DNA of 64,000 nt from Chloroflexota bacterium (GTDB lineage Bacteria > Chloroflexota > JAJPGV01). This document shows, piece by piece, positions 11,651-18,986 of this stretch (position 1 is the first letter of the stretch; each line of letters begins with the position of its first letter). The stretch covers positions 94,412 through 158,411 of the forward strand of contig JAJPGV010000018.1 in NCBI GenBank assembly GCA_021325635.1, given 5' to 3'. Made by a program: the position numbers and the translations under genes. The notes under the pieces were generated by a model. That model was not told the origin of the DNA and did no database searches. It saw only the letters and a list, made by a program, of their open reading frames with translations.

Positions 11651-11992
11651 ATGAGTCCATCCAGTGTCGTGCGCGGGATAGCGCACAGGATCGGCCGGTC
11701 GGGCGGCAGGATCCGGGTGGGGCTCGAGACGGTTGGGTCAGTCGTGGCGAGGGCCTGGCACCGTGCTCACCGCGGCCACCGGCCCCAGCAACCTATCTCC
11801 TGGCCCTCCAGGCGCACGATCTCGCCGATGACGCCGCGCGAGCTGGTCCTGCTGATGGAGCACGCGCGCCTGGTCAACGCGTCCTACCCGGATGATGAAG
11901 CCCGGCAGGCGTTCATTGCGCTGCTTCAGAAGCAGCTGCGCGAGAGCGAGTGCCAGGCGCTCGAAGACTCGCCGCTCAGCCGCGAGCTGTAG
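11651..11992 (+). CDS. Hypothetical protein
   Basis: ORF in otherwise free space with a plausible helical C-terminal half. Confidence 0.4.
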   Translation: MSPSSVVRGIAHRIGRSGGRIRVGLETVGSVVARAWHRAHRGHRPQQPISWPSRRTISPMTPRELVLLMEHARLVNASYPDDEARQAFIALLQKQLRESECQALEDSPLSREL

Positions 11993-12036
11993 CTCCGTCG
12001 AGGACGGTTGCTAGAGCTCCGTGGCGAGCAGCAACC

Positions 12037-12780
12037 TCAGCGCCGGGCCGCCAGCTCGACAGCGGTCGGCTCGGAACCGTTCGCATCCCAGGCCATGATC
12101 AGGGCTGCGTCAGGGGCGTCAGCAGCCGGGAATAGATAACGAGTCAGCCCGGCCGCGGCCAATCCTCCAATGAGCTGGCTGGCGATGAAGGCGGGAGCGC
12201 TCGGGGGAGCGATGCCGGCGAAGGAGTCACTGAGCGTGCGGCCGATGGTCACCGCGGGGTTGGCGAAGCTCGTGGAGCTGGTGAACCAGTATGCGGCGGT
12301 GATGTAGGCGGCCACTGCGTACGGCGCCGCCGCCAAGCGGCCGGAGCGGACCAGCCCGAAGATTGTCAGCACGAGGCCGAAGGTGGCCACGGTCTCCCCC
12401 AGCCACAGACCGCCGCCGCTCCGTGCGTGCGTGGCTATGGAGATGGGTGCGTCGCCAAACATCAGGTTGGCCAGCACCGCGCCGCAGACTGCTCCGAGCA
12501 CCTGGCTCGCGATAAAGGCAGGCACACTGCGCCACGGCAACCCGCCCAGGAGCGCGCTGGCCAGGGTCACCACAGGGTTCAGGTGGGCGCCGGAGATTGG
12601 ACCGAGGGCCAGAATGATGGCCACCAGGCCGGCGCCGGTTGCCAGGGCGTTCTCCAGCAGCTCGACTCCGACGTCGCCGGGCGAGAGCCTCTGCGCGGCA
12701 ATGCCGCTGCCCACGACCACTGCCACCAGCAGGCCCGTGCCGGTGAGCTCGGCGACGCACTGGCGGCGAAGGTCAGCCAT
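12037..12780 (-). CDS. MIP/aquaglyceroporin (AqpS-like arsenite channel)
   Basis: GPISGAHLNPVVT and YWFTSSTSFANPAVT NPA-type boxes; co-oriented downstream of arsC. Confidence 0.9.
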   Translation of the reverse strand: MADLRRQCVAELTGTGLLVAVVVGSGIAAQRLSPGDVGVELLENALATGAGLVAIILALGPISGAHLNPVVTLASALLGGLPWRSVPAFIASQVLGAVCGAVLANLMFGDAPISIATHARSGGGLWLGETVATFGLVLTIFGLVRSGRLAAAPYAVAAYITAAYWFTSSTSFANPAVTIGRTLSDSFAGIAPPSAPAFIASQLIGGLAAAGLTRYLFPAADAPDAALIMAWDANGSEPTAVELAARR

Positions 12781-12837
12781 GCGACAGCAACGCCCGAGCC
12801 AACAGGCCTGTACCTGTCCCGAGCTCGGGATCCGGAA

Positions 12838-13464
12838 TCATTGGGCGGGGACGACGCTGAGCTCGCGAATCAGGGCCCGTACTCGGTGTTCGATGTCGGC
12901 AGCGATGCGCTGCACCTCGGCCTGGTTTTTGCCCGCTGGGTCTTCTACGTCCCAATCCATGTAGCGCTTGCCCGGATAGATCGGGCAGGCATCGCCGCAG
13001 CCCATGGTGATCACCACGTCGGCGGCGCGGACCACCTCGTCGGTCAGCGGCTTGGGAAACTCCTTGGACAGATCCAGGCCGCGTTCGGCCATGACCTGGA
13101 CGACGGCCGGGTTGATCTCATCCGCCGGTGTGGACCCGGCCGAGCGCACGTGCACGTGGCCCTCGGCCAGCCGGTCCAGCAGGGCCGCGGCCATCTGGCT
13201 CCGGCCGGCATTGTGCACGCATACAAACAGCACCTCGGGCACGTCCTTGGCAATACGGCCCTGCACCTGGGCGACAGCCTTGAGCCTCTCGCGCGTGAAC
13301 CGGTAGAGCAGCAGCGGCAGGAAGTCATGGATGCGAGGCCGGTCGATCGGCTGGGCTGACTCCATCACGTACTGGCGAATGGTCTCGATCGAAAAGACTC
13401 CGTGAAATTCTCGCTCCAATTCCCCGATCATGTGCTCCACGGGGTTTGCCAGGTCCATGCTCAT
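12838..13464 (-). CDS. arsC: Arsenate reductase, LMW-PTP type, with N-terminal three-helix extension
   Basis: VLFVCVHNAGRSQMA, ITMGCGDACPIYPGKRY.DW..EDP. Confidence 0.93.
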   Translation of the reverse strand: MSMDLANPVEHMIGELEREFHGVFSIETIRQYVMESAQPIDRPRIHDFLPLLLYRFTRERLKAVAQVQGRIAKDVPEVLFVCVHNAGRSQMAAALLDRLAEGHVHVRSAGSTPADEINPAVVQVMAERGLDLSKEFPKPLTDEVVRAADVVITMGCGDACPIYPGKRYMDWDVEDPAGKNQAEVQRIAADIEHRVRALIRELSVVPAQ

Positions 13465-13483
13465 GTTCCTTCAACCTGCCAAC

Positions 13484-13537
13484 ATATCGATTTCGGTCGA
13501 TATTTAGCCTCGCACAGCAATCGATGGCTGTCAATAT
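13484..13537. promoter_or_regulatory. Two ArsR-type operators upstream of arsC
   Basis: ATATCGA-tttcgg-TCGATAT (13484-13503) and CAATCGA-tggctg-TCAATAT (13518-13537); the second contains minus-strand TTGACA. Confidence 0.75.
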
Positions 13538-13676
13538 GTTTGCCGCCACCCAGACCGCCGGGGGCACACCGCACTGCTGTTTCGGTGGCGGCATGGGCTC
13601 GTCGCCTGTGAGCTCGTGCCAGCCAGGTTCGAGGATGCGAGCCAACTCCGTTTCGACGTGCTTCAATTCGGTCAAC

Positions 13677-14072
13677 ATGAACGAGTCCTTGCGGGTGATT
13701 CCATGCTGCCCGCCGATCTCACAGGCGGAGCTGTCCTCCGATGAGGCCGAACAGCTGGCCACGACCCTCAAGGCAGTGGCCGACCCGGCCCGCATTCGCC
13801 TTCTCAGCCTGATCCAGGCGCAGCCTCAGGGTGAGGCCTGCGTATGCCACTTGACGGAACCGCTCGGCCTGGGCCAGCCGACCGTGAGCCACCACCTCAG
13901 GGTGCTGGAAGATGCCGGCTTCCTCACGCATGAGCGGCGAGGGCGCTGGGTGTACTACCGCGCCGTGCCCGAACGACTGGCGGCCGTGCGAGATGCCTTC
14001 GCCCCGTCCCCCAAGCGCGCTGCCAGTCATGCAAAGGTCGTGAACGTGAGCTCGAAGGAATTGTCATGCTGA
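13677..14072 (+). CDS. arsR: ArsR/SmtB-family arsenic-responsive repressor
   Basis: N-terminal CCP, LKAVADPARIRLL, EACVCHL, QPTVSHHLRVL, RRGRWVYY. Confidence 0.92.
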   Translation: MNESLRVIPCCPPISQAELSSDEAEQLATTLKAVADPARIRLLSLIQAQPQGEACVCHLTEPLGLGQPTVSHHLRVLEDAGFLTHERRGRWVYYRAVPERLAAVRDAFAPSPKRAASHAKVVNVSSKELSC

Positions 14073-14247
14073 GCGTGAACCGAAGCATCCCGGCCACACC
14101 TGCCGAGGGTTCCTTCTGGCGTCGTTCCGGTTAACCGCCATCGGCTCGGGATGATCGTTCCGCGAGCGGCTGAGGTGGGTGGCGGTGGTATGTGCGGCAA
14201 CGGCATCCTGGCATCAGAACGTATTGACATCCGAGGGAATTATCCCC

Positions 14248-14276
14248 TTGACGGCGGTACTGCACAAGCGTATAGT
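14248..14276 (+). promoter_or_regulatory. Sigma70-type promoter of the transposase (leaderless mRNA)
   Basis: TTGACG-17 bp-TATAGT, ATG 6 nt after the -10. Confidence 0.75.
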
Positions 14277-14282
14277 GGGGGT

Positions 14283-15233
14283 ATGTCCAAGGTAGATCGC
14301 AACCAGCCCCGACGATCCACTGCTTCGGAATCGCGCTACACGCTCTTTGAGTTTGACCGTGATTTCCCGGACGATGCTGCCTGCCTTGATTGGCTGGTAG
14401 GCCAGCTCTATCCGAACGGGATTCACTGCCCAAAGTGCGACAAGGTGACGAAGCACTACCGGGACCACAACCGCCCCTCGTATTCGTGTGAATACTGCGG
14501 GCACCGCGAGCACCCTATGGCCGGAACCATCTTTCAGGATTCGGCCACGTCGCTTCGCTTGTGGTTCTACGCGTTCTACCTGATGTCCAGCACTCGCTGC
14601 GGTATCTCCGCGAAACAGCTTGAGCGCGAGCTTGGCGTGACCTACAAGACGGCGTGGCGCATGTTCAACCGCATCCGCTCGCTCATGTATCAGTGCGACG
14701 CGCCGATTACCGAAGGCACCGTCGAGATTGATGAGGCCTACATCGGCGGCAAAGCGCACTGGCGAAGCAGAGGACGCGCTACCGGCATCAAGGGCGGCAT
14801 TAAGGGCAAGACCCAGGTGCTTGGATTCGCGCAACGTGGGGTGGACGGTGAGCCGGGAACCATCACGGCCAAAGTCATGCCCAACAACGTCAAGCGTGCA
14901 GTGCTCAACGAAGTCACAACCAAGGTGCTCGAAAAGGCCATCATCTACACCGATGAGGCCAACGCCTACGAGACGCTGACGAAGAAGGGCTATCACCATC
15001 GGCGCGTTCACCATCGCCAGAACATCTACGTCGATGGGGACGTTCACACGAACACCATCGAAGGGTTTTGGTCGCTGTTGAAGCGCGGAATCAGCGGCGT
15101 CTATCATGGCGTCTCCACCAAGCACCTTCAAACGTACTTGGACGAGTACACCTTCCGCTACAACAACCGGGAGGCTGATGGTAAAGGTATCTTCGACGTG
15201 CTTATGGAGCGGATTGAGAAGGCCCCGGCTTAG
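14283..15233 (+). CDS. IS1595-family (ISXO2-like) DDE transposase
   Basis: Zn ribbon CPKC...CEYC, GISAKQLERELGVTYKTAWRM, VEIDEAYIGG, IYTDE, HTNTIEGFWSLLKR, YLDEYTFRYN. Confidence 0.96.
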   Translation: MSKVDRNQPRRSTASESRYTLFEFDRDFPDDAACLDWLVGQLYPNGIHCPKCDKVTKHYRDHNRPSYSCEYCGHREHPMAGTIFQDSATSLRLWFYAFYLMSSTRCGISAKQLERELGVTYKTAWRMFNRIRSLMYQCDAPITEGTVEIDEAYIGGKAHWRSRGRATGIKGGIKGKTQVLGFAQRGVDGEPGTITAKVMPNNVKRAVLNEVTTKVLEKAIIYTDEANAYETLTKKGYHHRRVHHRQNIYVDGDVHTNTIEGFWSLLKRGISGVYHGVSTKHLQTYLDEYTFRYNNREADGKGIFDVLMERIEKAPA

Positions 15234-15372
15234 GCTTAGGGGCCTTCTCTGTTGCCTGGCGTAGCGGCTTGAAAAACTCGTCCCGCGTGGGCACTGGTAT
15301 CTCCAATCCGCCAGGCGTGTACTGCACGGGCTCTCCTGGCCGCGTGAGCGGCTTGTTGGGCTTGCGGGCCAT
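15202..15372 (-). CDS. 56-aa IS passenger microprotein MARKPNKPLTRPGEPVQYTPGGLEIPVPTRDEFFKPLRQATEKAPKPKPGPSQSAP (not in ORF track)
   Basis: ATG with GGAGG RBS; convergent overlap with the transposase 3' end. Confidence 0.6.
   Translation of the reverse strand: MARKPNKPLTRPGEPVQYTPGGLEIPVPTRDEFFKPLRQATEKAPKPKPGPSQSAP
15216..15249. terminator. Hairpin over the transposase stop codon
   Basis: GAGAAGGCCCC-12 nt-GGGGCCTTCTC, perfect 11-bp stem. Confidence 0.55.
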
Positions 15373-15390
15373 CGTTCCTCCAGTCTAGCC

Positions 15391-16179
15391 ATGCTGCTCT
15401 ACCAACATCCCCCCTGTAGCTGGTCCTTGCGGTACCAACGGGCGCTCGATCATTTCGACACGTTCCACAAGACGTTTGAGTGGTTCCGCGAAAGTCACCC
15501 GTGCAAACTGGCTGTAAATCCTCAAAGTGAGCATCCGGGCGGGCTGATCTACGTCAAGGGCATCGACGCGGCACCCTTGCAGCTGAGCGTCATGCTTGGC
15601 GATGCGTTGCAGAACCTTCGCCAGTCCCTTGACCACATCGTTTGGGAATTGTCCATCGGAGCCACTGACAACTCGCGCACTGAGTTCTTCATCTCCGACA
15701 ATGCCAAGCTGTTCCGTACAAGGGGCATGGGGCGGATTGCCCGTGTCACCGACGATGCCAAGGCATTTATCGACGCTGTCCAGCCGTATTACCGAGGGGA
15801 CTTCACCGACAAGGCTCACGCGGAACCCTTGTGGATTCTGGACCGACTTGGAAATGTCGATAAGCACCGTGCCATTCACCTCCTGATGGTCAAGCCGCAC
15901 GGGACTTCCATCAGGTTCATTACGCCTGAGCGCGTTGAGTATTGGGACCTGACGCCGCCTAACATCAAGCTTGAACCTGGCGCAGTAGTCGGGGCTGTCA
16001 CGCAAGAACAACTGGACGCCATTTCCAAGGGAGAAGTGAATATGAATTTCACTATGGAGCTTGAGATAGCGTTCGCCGATGGTCCCGCTAAGGATCGGCT
16101 CGTAAGAGAAGTCTGGGCTGAGCTCAGTGCGGAGGTCGACGCCATCTTGACGCGCCTCTCCTATTGGCTCGTTGAGTAG
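15391..16179 (+). CDS. IS passenger protein, HEPN-like
   Basis: GDALQNLRQSLDHIVWEL and LWILDRLGNVDKHR; NxxKH resembles the HEPN R-x4-H region (inference). Confidence 0.6.
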   Translation: MLLYQHPPCSWSLRYQRALDHFDTFHKTFEWFRESHPCKLAVNPQSEHPGGLIYVKGIDAAPLQLSVMLGDALQNLRQSLDHIVWELSIGATDNSRTEFFISDNAKLFRTRGMGRIARVTDDAKAFIDAVQPYYRGDFTDKAHAEPLWILDRLGNVDKHRAIHLLMVKPHGTSIRFITPERVEYWDLTPPNIKLEPGAVVGAVTQEQLDAISKGEVNMNFTMELEIAFADGPAKDRLVREVWAELSAEVDAILTRLSYWLVE

Positions 16180-16278
16180 CAAACGCGTCAAGACGCCACC
16201 CCATCGGGGAGGTCGCCTGCTGACATAAGGCTTATTACCCTACCCCTGTACGGTATAGTCCGTAACAGGAATACGTCA

Positions 16279-16602
16279 GTGTCGTATGTATCGGAGGTGA
16301 GTAGGGAGTTCTCGCCTCCGCTCGACCCCGGCATCGCGATAGCTGTGCAGCGGCTATTGGATGCGGGCGTCGAAACGTTTGAGTCTTGCCAGGGTGGCCC
16401 GGAGCACGCATATGCCCAGCCCACCGTAAGATTCCACGGCGAGCGCGCAGAGGGGTTCCGCGCACTCGCCGCAGCAATCCAAGCCGGTCTGCGGGTTACA
16501 GGGTTACGACGCGTTTGGCCGGTTCTTGACGGAGAACCGACCGGACCGTGGTGGGAGCTGACGTTCGCTCCCGAATTGACTATCTCGCCTAGGGCGCCGT
16601 AA
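16279..16602 (+). CDS. IS passenger hypothetical protein (LDPGI...GVETFESCQGG type)
   Basis: Coherent ORF preceded by TATAGT at 16254; TxxSCxG motif; start codon uncertain. Confidence 0.6.
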   Translation: MSYVSEVSREFSPPLDPGIAIAVQRLLDAGVETFESCQGGPEHAYAQPTVRFHGERAEGFRALAAAIQAGLRVTGLRRVWPVLDGEPTGPWWELTFAPELTISPRAP

Positions 16603-16762
16603 AGAAGCGCTGGACTAGCCCCAGCGCTGAGCACCGTTCGCAGAGTGGATACCCGCCGGTTCCCCTCTGCGCGTGCCAGGGTCGTATGTTTTGGCCTGCC
16701 GTGCAGTCCGTATTGTTGTGATACACCGACTCCAAGTCGGAGCGGTAGGGTTGGGTGACTAT
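16589..16762 (-). CDS. 57-aa His/Cys microprotein with ATA start (not in ORF track)
   Basis: AAAGGAGA RBS 5 nt before ATA; IVTQPYRSDLESVYHNNTDCTAGQNIRPWHAQRGTGGYPLCERCSALGLVQRFFTAP. Confidence 0.6.
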   Translation of the reverse strand: MVTQPYRSDLESVYHNNTDCTAGQNIRPWHAQRGTGGYPLCERCSALGLVQRFFTAP

Positions 16763-16908
16763 GTTTATCTCCTTTCTGGGATGTAACCCACGCTGACCGG
16801 CTGCTCGCAGTATGACGCGCGGATTGATCGTAATAACGTGACAACCTGCTAGAACTAAGGTTCGATCGCCTGCTAGGAGATTGTACCGACATCAATGGGA
16901 TAATTCCC

Positions 16909-16960
16909 ACATCCGACGATATGTTCAGCCATACTCCGATACATCGATCGGCATCGATAT
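16909..16960 (+). promoter_or_regulatory. Remaining part of the arsM promoter/ArsR operator region
   Basis: CATACT -10 at 16930; intact operator ACATCGA-tcggca-TCGATAT (16941-16960). Confidence 0.7.
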
Positions 16961-16987
16961 CTCGGCGGTCTAAGAAGGAGTAGTCGC

Positions 16988-17800
16988 ATGGCAGATGTGA
17001 AGCAGGCAGTACGCGAGCGTTACGGCGCCATCGCCGCCAATGTCGCTGAGGGGCAGCGCAATGTTGGCTGTTGTGAGGGCCCGAGCAGTTGCTGCGGGGG
17101 TGGGGAAAAGGACGTCATCAGCAGAGATCTGTACGACCAGGTGCAGATGGGTGACGTGCCGGCGGCGGCCCTGCTGGCCTCGCTGGGATGCGGCAATCCC
17201 ACAGCTCTGGCGCAGCTGCAGCCCGGCGAAACGGTGCTGGACCTTGGCAGTGGCGGTGGCATAGACGTGCTCCTCTCGGCCAAGCGTGTGGGTCCAAGCG
17301 GCTTCGCGTACGGTCTGGACATGACCGACGAGATGCTGTCCCTGGCCGAGCGCAACAGGGCCGAAGCGGGCGCCACCAACGTCGCGTTCCTCAGGGGAGA
17401 CATCGAGGCCATTCCGCTGCCGGATGAGACGATGGACGTGATCATCTCCAACTGCGTGATTAACCTGGCCGCGGACAAGGACAAAGTGCTGGCCGAGGCC
17501 TTCCGCGTCCTGAAGCGCGGTGGCCGGCTGGCGGTGTCGGACGTCGTGGTGCGGGGGCAGGTCCCAGAGGGGCTGCGCCGGCAGATGGAGTCGTGGGTCG
17601 GCTGCATCGCGGGCGCGCTGTCGGAAGACGAATACCGGTCCAAGCTGACCGCGGCGGGATTCGCCGAGGTCGACCTGGAGAGCACGCGCGCATATTCCTT
17701 GGACGACGTGCCCACCGGCGACTGGCAGCCCACCAAGCAGGATCGGGAGCAGCTCGAAGGCAAGTTCGTCAGCGCCTTCGTGCGGGCGTCCAAGCCCTAA
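16988..17800 (+). CDS. arsM: Arsenite S-adenosylmethionine methyltransferase
   Basis: SLGCGNPTA, VLDLGSGGGID, GLDMTDEML, IISNCVINL, WVGCIAGAL; RBS AAGGAG. Confidence 0.95.
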   Translation: MADVKQAVRERYGAIAANVAEGQRNVGCCEGPSSCCGGGEKDVISRDLYDQVQMGDVPAAALLASLGCGNPTALAQLQPGETVLDLGSGGGIDVLLSAKRVGPSGFAYGLDMTDEMLSLAERNRAEAGATNVAFLRGDIEAIPLPDETMDVIISNCVINLAADKDKVLAEAFRVLKRGGRLAVSDVVVRGQVPEGLRRQMESWVGCIAGALSEDEYRSKLTAAGFAEVDLESTRAYSLDDVPTGDWQPTKQDREQLEGKFVSAFVRASKP

Positions 17801-17890
17801 CCGGCCCGTCCTGCACCGCGGCGACAGATCGGCGATGATTCTGTCAGCGGCGCCCATGAGGCAAGCCACACGTGCAGGAGCGAGGACAAT

Positions 17891-18307
17891 ATGGCGGCGA
17901 ACGTGCAGGGCTCGGGCACGAGACAGGATCCGTGGATCTTGAAAACTCCCAGCGGCGGATCGGATTACCAGGCCTTCCGTGACGAGTCGCTGAGCCCGCC
18001 GGCCCTCGTGGTGCAGGTAGGGAAGACCGAGCTGCGCTACCACCTGCGCGCCATCGAAGACCTGCACAGCATGCTCAAGGCGCACGGCGACTGGATGGCG
18101 CTTGGCAGCGCCGACGAGCAGAAACCCGCGCCCGAGGGAAGCGTCGAAGCCTGGGGACGGTCGGAGAGCAACCCGGTTGGTGGCTGGTATGGCCTGAAGA
18201 AGGGTCTCAGGGGCCGCTTCGGTATGTACGTGCCACCGGTCCTCCAAGCTCTCGGTCTAGCCGAGGTCGAGAACCAGCCGCGCAACAATCGCATGCGCGC
18301 GCTCTAG
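17891..18307 (+). CDS. Conserved hypothetical protein (DUF6855-like)
   Basis: GTRQDPWILKTP, VEAWGRSESNPVGGWYGLKKGLRGRFGMY; RBS GAGGA. Confidence 0.75.
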   Translation: MAANVQGSGTRQDPWILKTPSGGSDYQAFRDESLSPPALVVQVGKTELRYHLRAIEDLHSMLKAHGDWMALGSADEQKPAPEGSVEAWGRSESNPVGGWYGLKKGLRGRFGMYVPPVLQALGLAEVENQPRNNRMRAL

Positions 18308-18336
18308 TCTGCCGCGACGGCTGCCGTGTCCCCACG

Positions 18337-18972
18337 TCAATGGGGGACGCAAGCGTACTCAACCAGGAGCTCGTAGCCATGCTGGACAGACGCGAACTGC
18401 GAGGCGTTCTCCAGCGCGCATGCCGAGAGATTGGCCAGCGCCGACAGGAACTCGAGCTCGGCTTCCGAAAAGCTGCGGCGCTCGGCGAGGTACAGGCACA
18501 GTGCGCCCGCGGCCCGGCCCCTGACCACCAGCGGCAGGCTCAAGGCCATCACGATGCCCTCCTTCCGGGCCTCCTCCGGGTACTGCCACTCAACGGCGTT
18601 GGTGATGTCCCTGATGACGATCCTGCCCTCGAGCGTTTCGCGAAGCCCGGCATTCAGCTCGGGCCGCAGCACGCCCTTGTCCAGGTAGCGCCGGCTCAGG
18701 CCGTATGAGGCGACCAGGTCGAGCCGATCTCGTTCGGCGCCCAGCGCCCAGATGGCGCAGCCCTTCACGCCGGTGGCCTCCGTCACGGACTGCACCGCCA
18801 GCAGTTGGATGTGCCCGCGGTCGAGGCTGGAGATGATGGCCAGCGCTACGTGGTACAGCGCGACGTAGAACTGCGCATCCTCGGCTTCCGAACCCGCCGG
18901 ATGAGGCTGGATATCAGCCGGGCTTCGCACCTTCAGGCCCAGCCACGGTCTGGCCAGGAACAGCTCCTCCAT
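18337..18972 (-). CDS. Stand-alone GAF-domain protein
   Basis: LVASYGLSRRYLDKG, WQYPEEARKEGI..LSLPL, FSEAELEFLSALAN; RBS AGGAGG. Confidence 0.8.
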   Translation of the reverse strand: MEELFLARPWLGLKVRSPADIQPHPAGSEAEDAQFYVALYHVALAIISSLDRGHIQLLAVQSVTEATGVKGCAIWALGAERDRLDLVASYGLSRRYLDKGVLRPELNAGLRETLEGRIVIRDITNAVEWQYPEEARKEGIVMALSLPLVVRGRAAGALCLYLAERRSFSEAELEFLSALANLSACALENASQFASVQHGYELLVEYACVPH

Positions 18973-18986
18973 CTCTCGCCTCCTGT

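Larger units (their letters stand above)
14235..16908 (+). mobile_element. Complete IS1595-family cargo element (2674 bp) with passenger genes
   Basis: Terminal IRs GGGAATTATCCCCTTGA (14235) and TCAATGGGATAATTCCC (ending 16908); 8-bp direct repeat ACATCCGA at 14227-14234 and 16909-16916; lower GC than flanks. Confidence 0.93.

Noticed and set aside
13325..13795. 156-aa minus-strand ORF between arsC and arsR
   Set aside because: Overlaps both genes and the operators; no motifs.
16188..16910. 240-aa minus-strand ORF in the IS right half
   Set aside because: Starts outside the terminal IR with no RBS; the region is better explained by the 107-aa and 57-aa ORFs.
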